DNA of 64,000 nucleotides from Felis catus (GCF_018350175.1 NC_058383.1:9488001-9552000), one strand, 5' to 3'. Positions 13,781 to 26,939 are shown, counted from the stretch's first letter. Made by a program: numbers and translations. Notes: generated by a model not told the origin, from the sequence alone.

Positions 13781-13996
13781 GGGGCGCCTGGGTGACTCAG
13801 TCGGTTAAGCATCTGACTTCAGCTCAGGTCATGATCTCGCAGTTTGTGAGTTCGAGACCCGCGTTGGGCTCTGTGCGGACAGTTCAGAGCCTGGAGCCTG
13901 CTTCGGATTCTGTGTCTCCCCCTCTCTCTGGCCCTCCCCCACGCTTGTGTTCTATCTCTCTCTCTCTCAAAAATAAACATTAAAAAAATTTTTTTA
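13781..13996 (+). mobile_element. SINEC_Fc-type SINE
   Basis: Head and tail; TSD tatatatgat. Confidence 0.92.
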
Positions 13997-14092
13997 ATAT
14001 ATATGATCATTGAAAAAAATATGCTAAATTTAAACACATGAAGTTAAAGAATGCAACCCACACATGTACTAGTTGTCCTTGTTCAAACAGGC

Positions 14093-14213
14093 TTTTTTTT
14101 TTTTTTTTAAGATTTTATTCTTAAGTAATCTCTACACCCCACAGAGGGCTCGAACATTCAACCCCCGAGATCCAGAGTCCCATGCTCCACTGACTGAGCC
14201 AGCCGGGCGCCCC
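14093..14213 (-). mobile_element. Short CAN-SINE variant
   Basis: Poly-T, taagtaatctctacacccc, ...gccgggcgcccc. Confidence 0.85.
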
Positions 14214-14295
14214 TGGTTCACCAATTTGTTTATGTGTATATTATAAATTCGTTTTTATCATTATTGGTTTTATACCATATATAATTTGGTCCCAC

Positions 14296-14520
14296 TTTTT
14301 TTTTTTAATTTTTTTTTCAACGTTTATTTATTTTTGGGACAGAGAGAGACAGAGCATGAACAGGGGAGGGGCAGAGAGAGAGGGAGACACAGAATCGGAA
14401 ACAGGCTCCAGGCTCTGAACCATCAGCCCAGAGCCTGACGCGGGGCTCGAACTCACGGACCGCGAGATTGTGACCTGGCTGAAGTCGGATGCTTAACCGA
14501 CTGCACCACCCAGGCGCCCC
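14296..14520 (-). mobile_element. Young-looking SINEC_Fc1-like SINE
   Basis: Diagnostic cagccaggtcac and gggctgatgg...gtttccgattc; TSD ggtcccactttttttt. Confidence 0.92.
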
Positions 14521-14759
14521 GGTCCCACTTTTTTTTAATGTATTAAATTGTGAACATTATAAATTCTCAAATGTTATTCTAGCCTATGAACGTTAAGAGT
14601 CACTTGCTGGATATTTTCACTATTACAAACAATGCCGTGATAATCATGATGAGTGATAGCTTTTCAGGATGAATCTGCACGTGCCTCTGATTACTTCCTG
14701 TGAATGGAATTTCTGAGTATGTCTTAGAAATATTTCTGAGTCAAAAGGAATAAATATTT

Positions 14760-14860
14760 TTATTTCTTTTAAGTAATCTCTACACCCAACGGGCGGCTCA
14801 AATTCACAACCCCGAGATCAAGAGTCACATACTCTACTGATTGAGCCAGCCAGGCGCCCC
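14760..14860 (-). mobile_element. Short CAN-SINE variant
   Basis: TSD aaaaggaataaatattttta. Confidence 0.85.
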
Positions 14861-16654
14861 AAAAGGAATAAATATTTTTAAGGTAAGTCAGGAGACTTAC
14901 CGACAAATTATTTTCCAAAGAGTAATTTACAACATTTCTCTGCAGCTTTCCCTCTGCAGGACACCTGCTGACCTGGAGCGAAGGGAACGACTTTACAAAG
15001 CACCGTGCTCACAGAAGCCCGGGAGGAAATCAAGTGAAAACCAAACCCGAAATCCAAGAATCAGTAAGCACTCCAGGGAGGCCATGACACGTGTGCCCCA
15101 GAAGGGCAAAAAGAGAGAGGAGACCGGGAGCATGGATGTGCAGACCAGACGGGCCTTCTCAATGATGGAAATCATTCCCAGGAAATAAGACCCCTCTGGT
15201 ATAAAGTGGGAAAGGTGTGTGTGGGGAGGTGCTGGCCCAGGGTCATGACCACACACCAACCCAAGGATCACAGCTTGGGGACACACAAGTTCCACCGCTT
15301 AGCCCTCCACTTGCTGTGAGGCACTCATTACCTGCTGCTCCTCTGTCCCCTGAGCCCTTCCCGGTGGGAGACTGTCAAGGCAGGGCAGTGGGTGACATGG
15401 AAAGGAAGAAGCCAGGTCCTGGGGAAGCACATTTCAATAATCATTTACACTACTTATGCCTGGAAACAGGTATGTTTAAACTCCTTACGTCATGACAACA
15501 TCACACACACACGAATCTCAAAACCTCTCTGAGCCTCAGTTTCTTCCTTTATAAAGTGGGGCTGTTACTACCTACCTCACAGGGGCTGTTGGTGGAATCA
15601 TACAAGACCAAGGTGTGTGCAAGGCAAATAGTGAAGAAAAGAACCTCTGCTGTTTGCTTCTGTGCCTCAAACTATGAGAATACTTGTAGATAAATGGAAT
15701 ACGTCAGCTCTACCCCCTGGAAGCCAGTCTGGGTGGCTTCTAGAAGCTCCTGTATTTCCTTAAGAGTTTAGAGAAACAGGATCTGGAGAAACCCAAAAAG
15801 CTCTGGAGAAAGCCAACCTTTCTTTACTGAAGGGAAAGTAAGGTTTGGGTTCTGAGGTCTAGAACTCCCAGAATCCGTCCAATTCTGGCTTTCATCTACC
15901 AGGACTTGCCCAGAGATCTGCCTCCAGCTGAATGGGACCCGGAGGGACCAGCTCCCTTCCCTCAACCATTGCCACCCACCCCCACCCCACAGCCCACAGG
16001 AGCAGGGTGAGTTCGCACGCATCGTCTTTCAACAGTCCTTGATCAACTCACCTTGACTTCCAACAGGAAAGCCTTAGATATGTCTAAGCCTAGTCACTTG
16101 ATACAGTACAAATCCTTCTAGCTAAAGGGGCGGGGGGCAGGGAGTGAACAACGGCTACTGTGAGGGGGACAGAAGACAACGCCTGGCAAAGGGCAGGCAC
16201 AGAAGAGAGCCCAGAAGGTCTAAAGTCCCTCTAAAAGGGACTGTAGCAGTCCTTCTGGCCTCATAGGTTAGGATTCTGAAATCCTGCCAAGCCTGTGTCT
16301 ACCATCAGTAGGCGAGGCTAGTCTTTTGCAAACCTCAGTCTCTGTGAATTCCCACTAGCCAGAATGGAAAAGTGATGGCACCTTTAGCCCACTTCACGTG
16401 TTTTCCAGCATGAAAGGTAGCCTCTACTTGTTCAGACCATTTCAGCAGGAACACAGAAGAAAACAAAAACCTACCTACCTTTTACATATTCCTCCACAGC
16501 GATAGTACTATATTAAATTTTCAAATGCCCCCATTCCAGTAGCCCCTAAGGAAAGGGAGTAACTACTTACTTCTATGTCATCTATTGACCCTGGAATTCC
16601 CCTAGATTTCAGGCACAGCAAAGGAAATCAAATACTTTCCAAAAGTAGTATTTG

Positions 16655-16872
16655 AGGAGCACCTGGGTGGCTCAGTCGGTTAAGCGTCCGACTTCGGCTC
16701 AGGTCACGATCTCACAGTTCGTGAGTTTGAGCCCCACATCCGGCTCTGTGCTGACAGCTTAGAGCCTGGAGCCTGCTTCAGATTCTGTGTCTCCCTCTCT
16801 CTGCTCCTCCCCTGCTCATGCTCTGTCTCTCTCTCCTTCAAAAATAAATAAGAACACTAAAAAATTTTTTTT
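16655..16872 (+). mobile_element. SINEC_Fc-type SINE
   Basis: TSD caaaagtagtatttg. Confidence 0.92.
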
Positions 16873-17854
16873 CAAAAGTAGTATTTGGGCTTCAACTAAA
16901 ATATGACTGGGGCAAACAGCCCCAGTTTTTTTCTTTGATTTCTCTCTAGTCCACTGGATTATAAATAGTATTAGTAGCAAAGCAGACAGAGGGTCATAGT
17001 GAAAAGGGTCGAGTTCAAAAAATCACATTTGGGTACTGGCTTTACCATGATCAGCAAATCGCTTCTCCTCGTCGAGGTTTAGCCAATGAGATGGACTATC
17101 AATCCTTGTCTGGCTTTGGTACAAATGATGCATGTGAAAGCATTCTGTGAAGTGTCACAGAAACACTGAGGGCGATGGTCAAAGGTAAGACTGCCTTGAG
17201 GTGAAACACTACACTCATACTAGACAGTGGCTCTTTCACATCCGTCAAGTGCTCAACACCATGCCAGCTGGACAAGGGAAGACAAACTAAGTCAGGGAAT
17301 GTTCTCTGCCCTTCTGCTGAAAAGAGACAAGTGGCAGTGACTTCCTTGCCAAAATGAATGGCACAGGAGGCCAGTGCCAGTTCACAGTTGGGTGAGGCTG
17401 GTGTGAGCCGAAGTGGCTAGGGAGGGCTTCCTGACGAAGGAGGCACAAAATGAGAAAGGTCGGGGGAGGAGTGTCCAGAAGGGTCTGAAGGGCAAGTGGG
17501 GGGAGCGGGGGTGTCGCAGCTTTAGAAAAAAATAAAAGCCAGTTCAAAATTGCTTCTGCCACCAAATAGTTCCAGGACGCTGGACAAATCTCAACTCCCT
17601 CGGCCACTTTTTCTAAAACGGAGAGTCATCACCATGGAGAACTCTACCAGGGCTACGGGCGAGTCACAGGGGGGAAACTGCACGGGGCACATGGCAGACG
17701 CTCAAAGAACGTTGGGTTACTGGCCCTCCCATTCCTATTCTTTGGGACAAAACAGAGTGAAAATCAGCAGTGTCACCAAGCACCCACATCTTGGTTTCTA
17801 AAGACCATTCTCCAATAAAAAGAACCAGGGCTCCTTAAAGAAAGAGCTGGTTCT

Positions 17855-18085
17855 GGGGTGCCTGGGTGGCTCAGTCGGTTAAGCGTCCAACTTCGGCTCA
17901 GGTCATGATATCACTGTTCATGAGTTTGAGCCCCGCGTCAGGCTCTGTGCTGGCAGCTCAGAGCCTGGAGCCTGCTTCGGATTCTGTGTCTCCCTCTCTC
18001 TCTGTCCTTTCCCCACTCATACTGTCTCTTTCTGCCTCTCAAAAAATGAATAAATGTTAAAAAAAAAAAAATTTTTTTTTTTTAA
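17855..18085 (+). mobile_element. SINEC_Fc-type SINE
   Basis: TSD aaagaaagagctggttc. Confidence 0.92.
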
Positions 18086-19324
18086 AAGAAAGAGCTGGTT
18101 CCAGGGCTGGAGCATGGAAAACAAAAAAACAAGCATGGAACATCAGCATAGTGCCGGAAATTAAGGAAAAGCTAAAGAAAACATGAGGCTATCGAAAGAA
18201 CGAGAAGACCTCCCAAAGGAGGTCCCAAACGGCTAAAGCTAGAACAATTTAAGCACCCAAATAAATAATATTATTGGATCAGGGAGGTGTAATTCATCTC
18301 TAAGGTTATTTTTTTTTATTGTGGCAAAATACATGTAAAATTTGCCATCTTAAATTTGCAGTACAGTGGAATTAAGTACATGCAAAATATTGTGCAACCA
18401 TCACCTTTATCTAGTTATGGAAGGTTTTCATCACCCCAAGGGAAACACTGTGTCCAGGAAGCAATCAATCCCCATTGCCCAGCCCCTGGCAACCTCTCCT
18501 CTACACTCCATCTCTGTCAATTTGCCTATTATGAACATCTCGAACATCTCGCATAAAGGGAACCACACATTCAGCAGTCCTTTGTGACTGGCTTCTTTCA
18601 CTTGGCTGAATGTGTTCAAGGTTCATTCATGTTGTAGCAGGTGTCAGCCACTCATTCCTGTTTATGGCCGCATAATATTCCATCATATGGACCTACTACA
18701 CTTTACTTATACATTCACTAGGTGATAGAATCTGAGCTGTTTTCGCTTTTTGGCTATCGTAAATAATGCTGCTATATTCATGTCCAAGTACAGTTTGAGT
18801 GCCTGTTCTCAATTCTCAGGGTATATAAGTACAAGCGGAACTGCTGGGTCATGTGGTAATGCTATGCTTCACGCCCTGAGGAACGGCCAGACTGTTTTCC
18901 ACAACGAACGCACCACTTTACGTTCCCATCAGCAGCATACGAGGGGTCCGATTTCTCCATGTTCCCACCAACATCAGTGATTTGCTGGTTCTGTTTTTGT
19001 TGTTCACAGCCATGCTGGTGGAGCGTGAAGTGGTAGCTCCTGGCGCTTTAGATCTGCATTTCCCTAACGACGAATGATGTTGAGAATCTTTTCATGTGCT
19101 TGTGGTCATCTGTGTATCTTCTTGGGAAGAATATTCAGGTCCTTCGCTCATTTTTCAATCGGGTTGTTTTCACGTTGTTGTTGAGTTATGAGTGTGCTTT
19201 ACATATGCTAGATACTTGACCTTTATCAGATACAGAATCTGCAAATACTTCTCCCCATTATGTGAGTTGTCTTTTCACTTTCTTGGTAGCATTGACGCGC
19301 CGTTTTTACTTTTTATGAAGTCCA

Positions 19325-19672
19325 TGTCTTAGCTCAAGCCACTGTAACAAATATCCTAGAGGAGGCAGTTAAACAAGAAACCTTTATTTTTCACAGTTCT
19401 GGAGACTGGGAAGTCCAGATCAAGGCATCAGCAGATCCAGTGTCTGGTGAGAGCCTGCTGTCCGGTTGGTTGACAGCTGCTTTCTTGCAGCCTCATAAGG
19501 CGAAGAGGAAACAAGCCCTCCTGTCACTTCTTATAAGGGCACTAATCCCATTCACTAGGGTTCCACCCTCATGAACTAATTCCCTCCCCAAAGCCCCACC
19601 TAATTCCATCACATTAGGGATGACGATTTCAACATATGCCGATTAGGGGCACAGAACCACTCAGTTCATAAC
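19325..19672. mobile_element. MLT1A-like LTR inserted in the old L1
   Basis: tttcacagttctggagactgggaagtccagatcaagg; ttataagggcactaatcccattca; atttcaacatatg. Confidence 0.75.
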
Positions 19673-19765
19673 AGCCCAATTTATGTGCTTTTTCTTTTGT
19701 TGCTTATGATTCTGACATCCTAAGAAACTACTGCCAAGTCCAAGGTTGTTAAGATTTACCTCTAT

Positions 19766-20021
19766 GGGGCGCCTGGGTGGCTCAGTCGGTTAAGCATCGG
19801 ACTTCGGCTCAGGTCATGATCTCACGGTTCATGGGTTCGAGCCCCATATCAGGCTCTGCGCTGGCAGCTCAGAGCCTGGGGTCTGCTTCGAGTTCTGTGT
19901 CTCCCTCTCTCTCTCTCTGCCCCTCCCCCATTCATGTTCCGTCTCTCTCTCTCTCCCTCCCTCTCTCTCTCTCTCTCTCTCTCAAAAATAAACAAACATT
20001 AAAAATTAAAAAAAAAAAAAA
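19766..20021 (+). mobile_element. SINEC_Fc-type SINE
   Basis: TSD aagatttacctctatg. Confidence 0.92.
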
Positions 20022-21420
20022 AGATTTACCTCTATGTTTTTTCCTCGGCGTTTTACAGTTTTATCTTGGACATGTGTGTAGGTCTTTGATCCACCATGAG
20101 CTGGTTTTTGTATATGGTGTAAAGTAAGGTAAGGGGTCCAGCTTTATTCCTTCTGCATGTGGATATCCAGCTGTCCCAGCACCATTTGTTGGAAAGACTT
20201 TCCCCCTAGTGAATGGCCTTGGTACCCTTGTCAAAAATCGACTGACCACATACACGTGAATTAAGTTCTAGATTTCAATTCCATTCCATTGACCTATAGG
20301 TCTGTCCTTATAATGGCACCACACTGCCTTAATGACTATAGCTTTGTGGTGAGTTTTAAAATCAGGAGGTAGGAATCCTCCCACTTTGTTCTTCATTTTC
20401 AAGACGGTTTGGCTATTTGAAGTTCTCTGCAATGCCACAGGAATTCTAGGATCAGCTTTTCCATTTCTGCGTAAAAAGCCACTGGGACTTTGACAGACCG
20501 CACTGAACCTGTGTGCTGTTTCGGGGGCGATGCTACGTTAACACTATGAAGACTTCCAGTCCATGAACACAGAATGTCTTCCCGCCGTCTTCATTTTCTT
20601 CCAGCAACGTTCTGTAGTTTCCAGGGGAAAACCCTTCCACCTCCTTGTTTAAATTCACCTCTAAGTAGTTTATTCTTTTTGATGCTGTTGTAAATGGAGT
20701 TGTCTTCCCAATTTCTTCTTTGGATTGTTAACAGCTAGAGGAGTACTGGGTTTTTAACAGTAGAATAGACAAATATCCATGAGTCTATCCTGATATAAAT
20801 AATCGAATAGTCAAATAAACAAATAAATAAACGGACACAGCTCCTCCTCACAGAATTCCAACTAATAAATGTAGGAGGGAAGAGGGAAACAGAAAATCAG
20901 CATCAGATCCACAGTAAGTACTACTGCAGATAAGACCTACCAGTGGATGTGCTAAAATCAGTGGGCAAAAGTCCCTGGAGAAGCAGGATTTGCACAGTCT
21001 CAAAGTTACCACTCCCCAGATACTCATTAACTACAAAGGGTAAAGCAGAAACTTTACGGAGGAGAAGCCCTGCAGACACGAACCCAACCAGGAGATCCTG
21101 GTACAGGTCACTGGTAATGAACCCCTTTCAACAGTGTACTCAGAAGGGCACACACCACCTTTGTGGTATTCTTGCCTCCCTCCCTCCAAGCGTGAGAAAC
21201 CACTGGTCAAACCTAAAGTGGGGTGTGTTCTAGAAGATAATGGACTGGTACTCTCTCAAAATAGTGAGGTTAGGACAGGTGAAGGGACTGTCCCAGATGG
21301 GAAGGGGTGAAGGAGACATGACAACTAAGTGCCAGGCAGGATGTCAGACAGGATCCTAGAACAGAGGGAGGACTTTGGTGGAAAAACTGATCGATTTCAA
21401 ATAAAGGATGTTGTGTAGTC

Positions 21421-23063
21421 CGGGGCTGGCAAATCACGGTCAAGCACTGGCCCCACTGGCTGACTCCTTTTGAAAATCAGGTTTCATGGCACAAGAACAG
21501 ACACTCAGATCAATGGAACAGAATAGAGAACCCAGAAATGGACCCACAAACGTATGGCCAACTAATCTTTGACAGAGCAGGAAAGAATATCCAATGGAAG
21601 AAAGACAGTCTCTTCAGTAAGTGGTGCTGGGAAAACTGGACAGCGACATGCAGAAGAATGAACCTGGACCACTTTCTTACACCAGACACAAAAATAAACT
21701 CAAAATGGATGAAAGACCTCAATGTAAGACAGGAAGCCATCAAAATCCTTAAGGAGAAAGCAGGCAAAACCCTCTTTGATCTTGGCCACAGCAACTTCTT
21801 ACTCAACACGTCTCTGGAGGCAAGGGAAACAAAAGCAAAAATGAACTACTGAGACCTTATCAAAATAAAAAGCTTCTGCACAGCGAAGGAAACAATCAGC
21901 AAAACTAAAAGGCAACCGACGGAATGGGAGAAGATATTTGCAAATGACATATCAGATAAAAGGTTAGTATCCAAAATCTATAAAGAACTTCTCAAACTCA
22001 ACACCCAAAAAACACATAATTCAGTGAAGAAATGGGCAAAAGACACAAGTAGACACTTCTCCAAAGAAGACATCCAGATGCCCAACCAACACATGAAAAA
22101 ATGCTCCACATCACTCATCATCAGGGAAATACAAATCAAAACCACAACGAGATACCACCTCACACCTGTCAGAATGGCTAACATGAACAACTCAGGCAAC
22201 AACAGATGTTGGCGAGGATGCAGAGAAAGAGGGTCTTTTTTGCATTGTTGGTGGGAATGCAAGCTGGTGCAGCCATGCTGGAAAACAGCATGGAGGTTCC
22301 TCAAAAAACTAAAAATAGAACTACCCTATGACCCAACAATTGCACTACTAGGCATTTATCCACAGGATACAGGTGTGCTGTTTCGGGACACAGGCACCCC
22401 CATGTTTATAGCAGCACTATCAACAATAGCCAAAGTATGGAAAGAGTCCAAATGTCCATCGATGGATTAATGGATAAAGAAGATGTGGTCTATATATACA
22501 ATGGAGTATTACTCGGCAATCAAAAAGAATGAAATCTTGCCATTTGCAACTACGTGGATGGAACTGGAGGGTATTATGCTAAGTGAAATTAGTCAGAAAG
22601 ACAAAAATCATATGACTTCACTCATATGAGGACTTTAAGAGGCAAAACAGATGAACATAAGGGAAGGGAAACAAAAATAATATAAAAACAGGGAGGGGGA
22701 CAAAACAGAAGAGACTCATAAATATGGAGAACAAACTGAGGGTTACTGGAGGGGTTGTGGGAGGGGGGATGGGCTAAATGGGGAAGGGGCACTAAGGAAT
22801 CTACTCCTGAAATCACTGTTGCACTGTATGCTAATTGGGATGTAAATTAAAAAAAAATAAAAGACATAAAAATAAATTAATTAAAAAAAAAAGAAAAAAT
22901 CAAGTGTCATTCGAACACAGTCATGCTCATTCATACCCAGATGACCTACTACAGCTTGCTAAAACACCAGAGTCGGGGAGTTGTGATGGAGACCTTACAA
23001 CCCACAAAGCCTAAAGTATTTCCTTTCTGGTCCCAAACTTTCAGGAAAAGTTTGCCAGCCTTC
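21421..23063. mobile_element. MER58-like hAT DNA transposon split by the L1 at 21488-22895
   Basis: Inverted termini ggggctggcaaa / tttgccagcc. Internal gaacacagtcatgctcattcat and cccacaaagcctaaagtatt resemble the recalled MER58A consensus. Confidence 0.75.
21488..22895 (+). mobile_element. 5'-truncated carnivore LINE-1 (ORF2 C-terminal part with stops, 3'UTR, A-rich tail)
   Basis: ORF2-like peptides [12 protein letters not shown]...[13 protein letters not shown] and [28 protein letters not shown]...[11 protein letters not shown]. Imperfect TSD aaaatcaggtttcat (21473-21487) / aaaatcaagtgtcat (22896-22910). Confidence 0.95.
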
Positions 23064-24696
23064 CATTAATAGTTAATGATATTGTACCAATGTTAATTTC
23101 TTATTCTCGGTAACTGTATTATAATTTCATAAGATGTTAGCGTCAGGGGAAGGTGGGTGAGAAATAAAAGGAATCTTGTTTTGTACTGTTTTTGTAACAG
23201 TGGGTGGGAAATAAAAAGTGTAAAAGAAATAATCCAGTGGCATCCTTATTCCAAAGTCTTCCCATCAGCTTCCCAACATCTTACACACTGTTTGCTGCCT
23301 CTTTTTGCTTCACTGTTCTCCCTACTAAGAATGTTCTTCCCTCTCTGTCTGCGGCTATCAAAGCTGTGTCTTCAAGGATGAACTCAAGCGCCACTTCCTC
23401 CATAAAATCTGCCCTCCTTCCTACCCATGCTCAGTGACGCCATGAAGCCACCTTGTAAGAGAGTTCCTTACTTCCACATCTACGTCTCCTACCTGGTCAT
23501 GAACAACTTAGGGTCAAGAATTATGGCTTATTCATCTCTGTAGTCCTCCAGCCAAGTGCTGAATCAATGTCTGATGACCTGGATTCCTCATGAACCCCAA
23601 GAGACAAGGGCTGGTGCCCTTGGGTCTCAAAAAACAAATCGTCAGACTTGCAGGAGAGAGAAAGGCCCATGGAGTCCTACTGAGTGCCAAGTGCAGGGCC
23701 TGCGCACTAAGCAGGAGGCAGGCAATGGGAACTCGCACTGACTCAACACCTACTATGTGCCAAACACAAGGTCGGGCACTTCATAAGAGCTCTTCCTTTA
23801 AATTCTTATGATAAACCTGTTTCACCCATTTTACAGACACAGAGTCAAAGACCCAAGGGCCGAGCAAATTACTGGCGGTCCCCCAGCCAGCAATCCAGAG
23901 GGACAGTGAAGGACCTGAGACCTTCTCTGTCACTGCTTGTTACAACCCTTGCTATGCTACCCACAGACAAGAACCACGTTCTCCTAGACACTAGGAAAAC
24001 AAAGTCCTTTGGGGCCGTGCTGTCACTTGGGGTACCAGGTTGCATGAGAGGCTCCTGAGGCTGACGGTTTCATGCTCCCTCTGACAGATGCTTCCAGGAG
24101 AGCTGCCGCGTACTTGGCCACAGCAAGCTGAGGGGACACACCTGGGTTATGAATGCCACTGCTTCACTGCATCTGCAGCGGCTTCCTGCTAGAGAAGATG
24201 TGCACCACATCACACAGCGCACCTGGACGAGGGAAATGAGGCCATTTCTCCAGGCCACCCTACTAGGAAAAGGTGTCCTCCCCTGACACCGACATACCCC
24301 CAGGCGGCTTAACGCCTAACGTTATGCAATGTCTAGTGGAAGCAAGCTAGGTGACCACTAGGTTCTTGGTCTCCATAAGGGGACTCAGTAGTTCAAGAGC
24401 TTTTTCCCTGTGACTCCACGACCTCGCCATATAAATTCCATGTTGCTATGGTGGGGAGAAGACTGTGCGAGGGGTCAGCCCCAGCTCTTAAATGCTTCCG
24501 GCTGGAAGTGACACACATCACCGGCTCTCAAGGGGGCTAAGAAACGTGGGGAAGCACAGAAATACACAGCGAGCAGTGAATGTGTGTGCCGCAGGTGTAC
24601 GGAACCTGCTAGAGGGCACGGGCGGCCAGTGGCAGAGCCAGAGGGAGTCCAGCTACTCAAGGACTCATGGCCTCTTAATTTTAAAACGGAGCTCTC

Positions 24697-24875
24697 GGGG
24701 CGCCTGGGTGGCTCGGCTGGTTAAGCATCCGACTCTTGATTTCAGCTCAGGTCATGATCTTGCAGTTCGTGGGTTCGAGCCCTGCGCTGGGCTCTGCACT
24801 TACATCACAGAGCCTGCTTGGGCTTCTGTCTCTCCCTCTCTCTCTCTCTCAAAATAAATAAATATACTTTAAAAA
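24697..24875 (+). mobile_element. CAN-SINE
   Basis: Head, (CT)n region, tail. Confidence 0.9.
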
Positions 24876-26736
24876 ATGGAGATCTAATTCACATATCATA
24901 AAATGCATCGTTTCAAAGTATGCAACTCAGTGGTTTTCAGAATATTCACCCACTGTGCGGTCACCGCTGCTGCTGAATTCACCAGCATTTCCATCACCCC
25001 CAAAAGAAGTCTTCTACCCATCAGTAGTCACTCCCCATTCCCGATTTGTCTTCCCCCCCTTTCTCTGGACATCAGGGAACTCTGGACAAACTTAAAGAGC
25101 CTCTAGCAGTCACACACACCATCCTTAATCCTGGGTCCCCCCACTGCCATCATTTTGTTTTCCTCATCTATTTATTTTTTTTTCCTAAACAAATACTGAT
25201 TGCAAAAATTAACATGTATTAAGCACCTGTAAGATGACATTCTATTATTTCATTTCATCCTTACGATAACCCTCTGAGGCACAGGAGCAGTAGTTACCAC
25301 ACAGGCTAAAGTACCTCGTCCAAAGGCAGGGAAAGGATAAGTGGTAGGACCAGGATTCAAACCCAGACCAGCTGGCATCACAGCCACCCTCTCCATTTAT
25401 TTGCCTTTCAAAACCTTCTCAGAGCAGGGCAGAGTTATTGATGCTTCCATCAATGCTTCACTGAATGAGAGTTCGTTGTGCAGTTAACATCCTGGCTATA
25501 CTGACAGGTGAAAGCATTGCTCAAAACTCAACCATCCCTGAAGACACACAGAGGCTGGTGTCTGGCTGGAGCTACCTCGCATCTCTGTGCCCCTAGCGCT
25601 CAGGAGGCCTGGCATAACGTGAGGCTCAGAATACGCTGCTACATGACTGAAGCAACAGAATCTCCTGGGCCAGGCTCGCCACTCCACACCCGATGGCCCG
25701 GCCTGCTGGCCCTTCAGCCAGGAGCACTGGAACGGAATCAGGACTGCTTTCTGACAAATCTCAGCTCTGCCCATGGCCACTCAGGGGGCACGAAGCCAAG
25801 CCAGGCCTTTCAACTTCCACAGCAGCGTGGCAGGACACTGCACGTGGGAGGTGCCAAGCCCCTCAGGGCCTCCACTTTGGCCTGCCTGCCTCCTGCTTCT
25901 GGCAAAGGGACTCTCCAACACTCACTGTCCTGGATTCTACTGCTTTCCCCATGACGCCGAGCCTTCTCTTGCTCCCACCCCCCAAAGATCTGCCCTTGCA
26001 GGAGTATAACAGAGACTGAAGTTCTCTGCCTTTACCCAAGCGGGTCCCAGGAAGGGCTCCCTGTGGGCCATGCTCCTCTGTTCTATGGAAGGCTCCCTCT
26101 GCCCAGGCTTGAGCCGCCTTCATCCCGTCAGTCGTGTCCACACATGGGCGCAGTCCCAGCACCTCTAACAGGGCCTGGTACTCACAAGTGCTCTACCAAC
26201 ACCTGCTGGATACAGAACCTGCTCCGCTGCCTTATTCAGTGAGCCTCAGATGAAGGCCCAGGGAAAGGGCTTCTTGTATTAAACTGGCCCACTTCCTTTT
26301 TTCAGTAATGCTTGCTGTTCGTTCCCATCCTTCTCTGGCTTGCCTTCTAGGAAGTGCTGAGCTGAGTGTTTTTGTGCTTAACCCAATAGCTTCCCTTGAC
26401 CACCTTTTGGTGCAATTACCTGCCTCCCAGTGTACTTCTCTCAATGACTAGACTCTCGGCTTTTAGTTGTCTCCTTGGTTTGGGGTTTGGCTGAGGAGAG
26501 GATTGGCCTTGGCACTCAACTAACTTAAAACCCAGCTGAGACATGAAAGAACATGGGCCTTGTAGGCAGACAGACCGTGGTTCAGATACGCCACCTACAC
26601 ACGGTGGGACCCTAGGCACTCTTGTCACTCAGCCTCAGTCCCCTCACTGACCATCCTCACAGTGTTAGGATGATTACATGAGATATAAAATACCCAGCAC
26701 AGGATCTGACATGCAACAGACAATCAAAGGTTACAC

Positions 26737-26771
26737 CATACTTGATCTTAGCCAAAAGGCTGAGAAGCAAT
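26737..26771 (-). pseudogene. 3'-truncated U2 snRNA retro-pseudogene (about first 35 nt) with target-site duplication
   Basis: Minus strand ATTGCTTCTCAGCCTTTTGGCTAAGATCAAGTATG versus U2 5' end ATCGCTTCTCGGCCTTTTGGCTAAGATCAAGTGTA. Flanked by direct repeat CAATCAAAGGTTACAC (26721-26736 and 26768-26783). Confidence 0.9.
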
Positions 26772-26939
26772 CAAAGGTTACACTAGAACCCTCTTTTCAC
26801 TTCAGGATTTTTTAAATAAACACATTTATTCATGTTTTTGACATGCAGATCAAATCCAGAAATATCTAGGAAGACCTAGAATATTACAGGGAAGGTACCC
26901 AAGTTCCTTCTCTTTTTCAATTATAAAATGATTAATTAT

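Larger units (their letters stand above)
18305..20735 (-). mobile_element. Old L1MB-type LINE-1 3' portion
   Basis: Poly-T start; gactggcttctttcactt, ccagactgttttccac, ctgcatttccctaa, gcatgtggatatccagctgtcccagcaccatttgttg are reverse-complement L1 3' end motifs. Confidence 0.8.
17740..23230 (+). mobile_element. Fragments of an ancient L1MC/L1MD-type 3' end (about 17740-18300, 20745-21420, 23065-23230) interrupted by younger elements
   Basis: Motifs atcttggtttctaaa...aaccagggctcctt, aaatatccatgagtctatcctgatataaataa, and tgtaccaatgttaatttc...taagatgttag occur in collinear order. Confidence 0.6.

Noticed and set aside
13792..13983. Recurrent MAQSVK...SAQVMIS...SLKNK ORF family appearing many times in the window
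   Set aside because: These are translations of CAN-SINE bodies, not a gene family.
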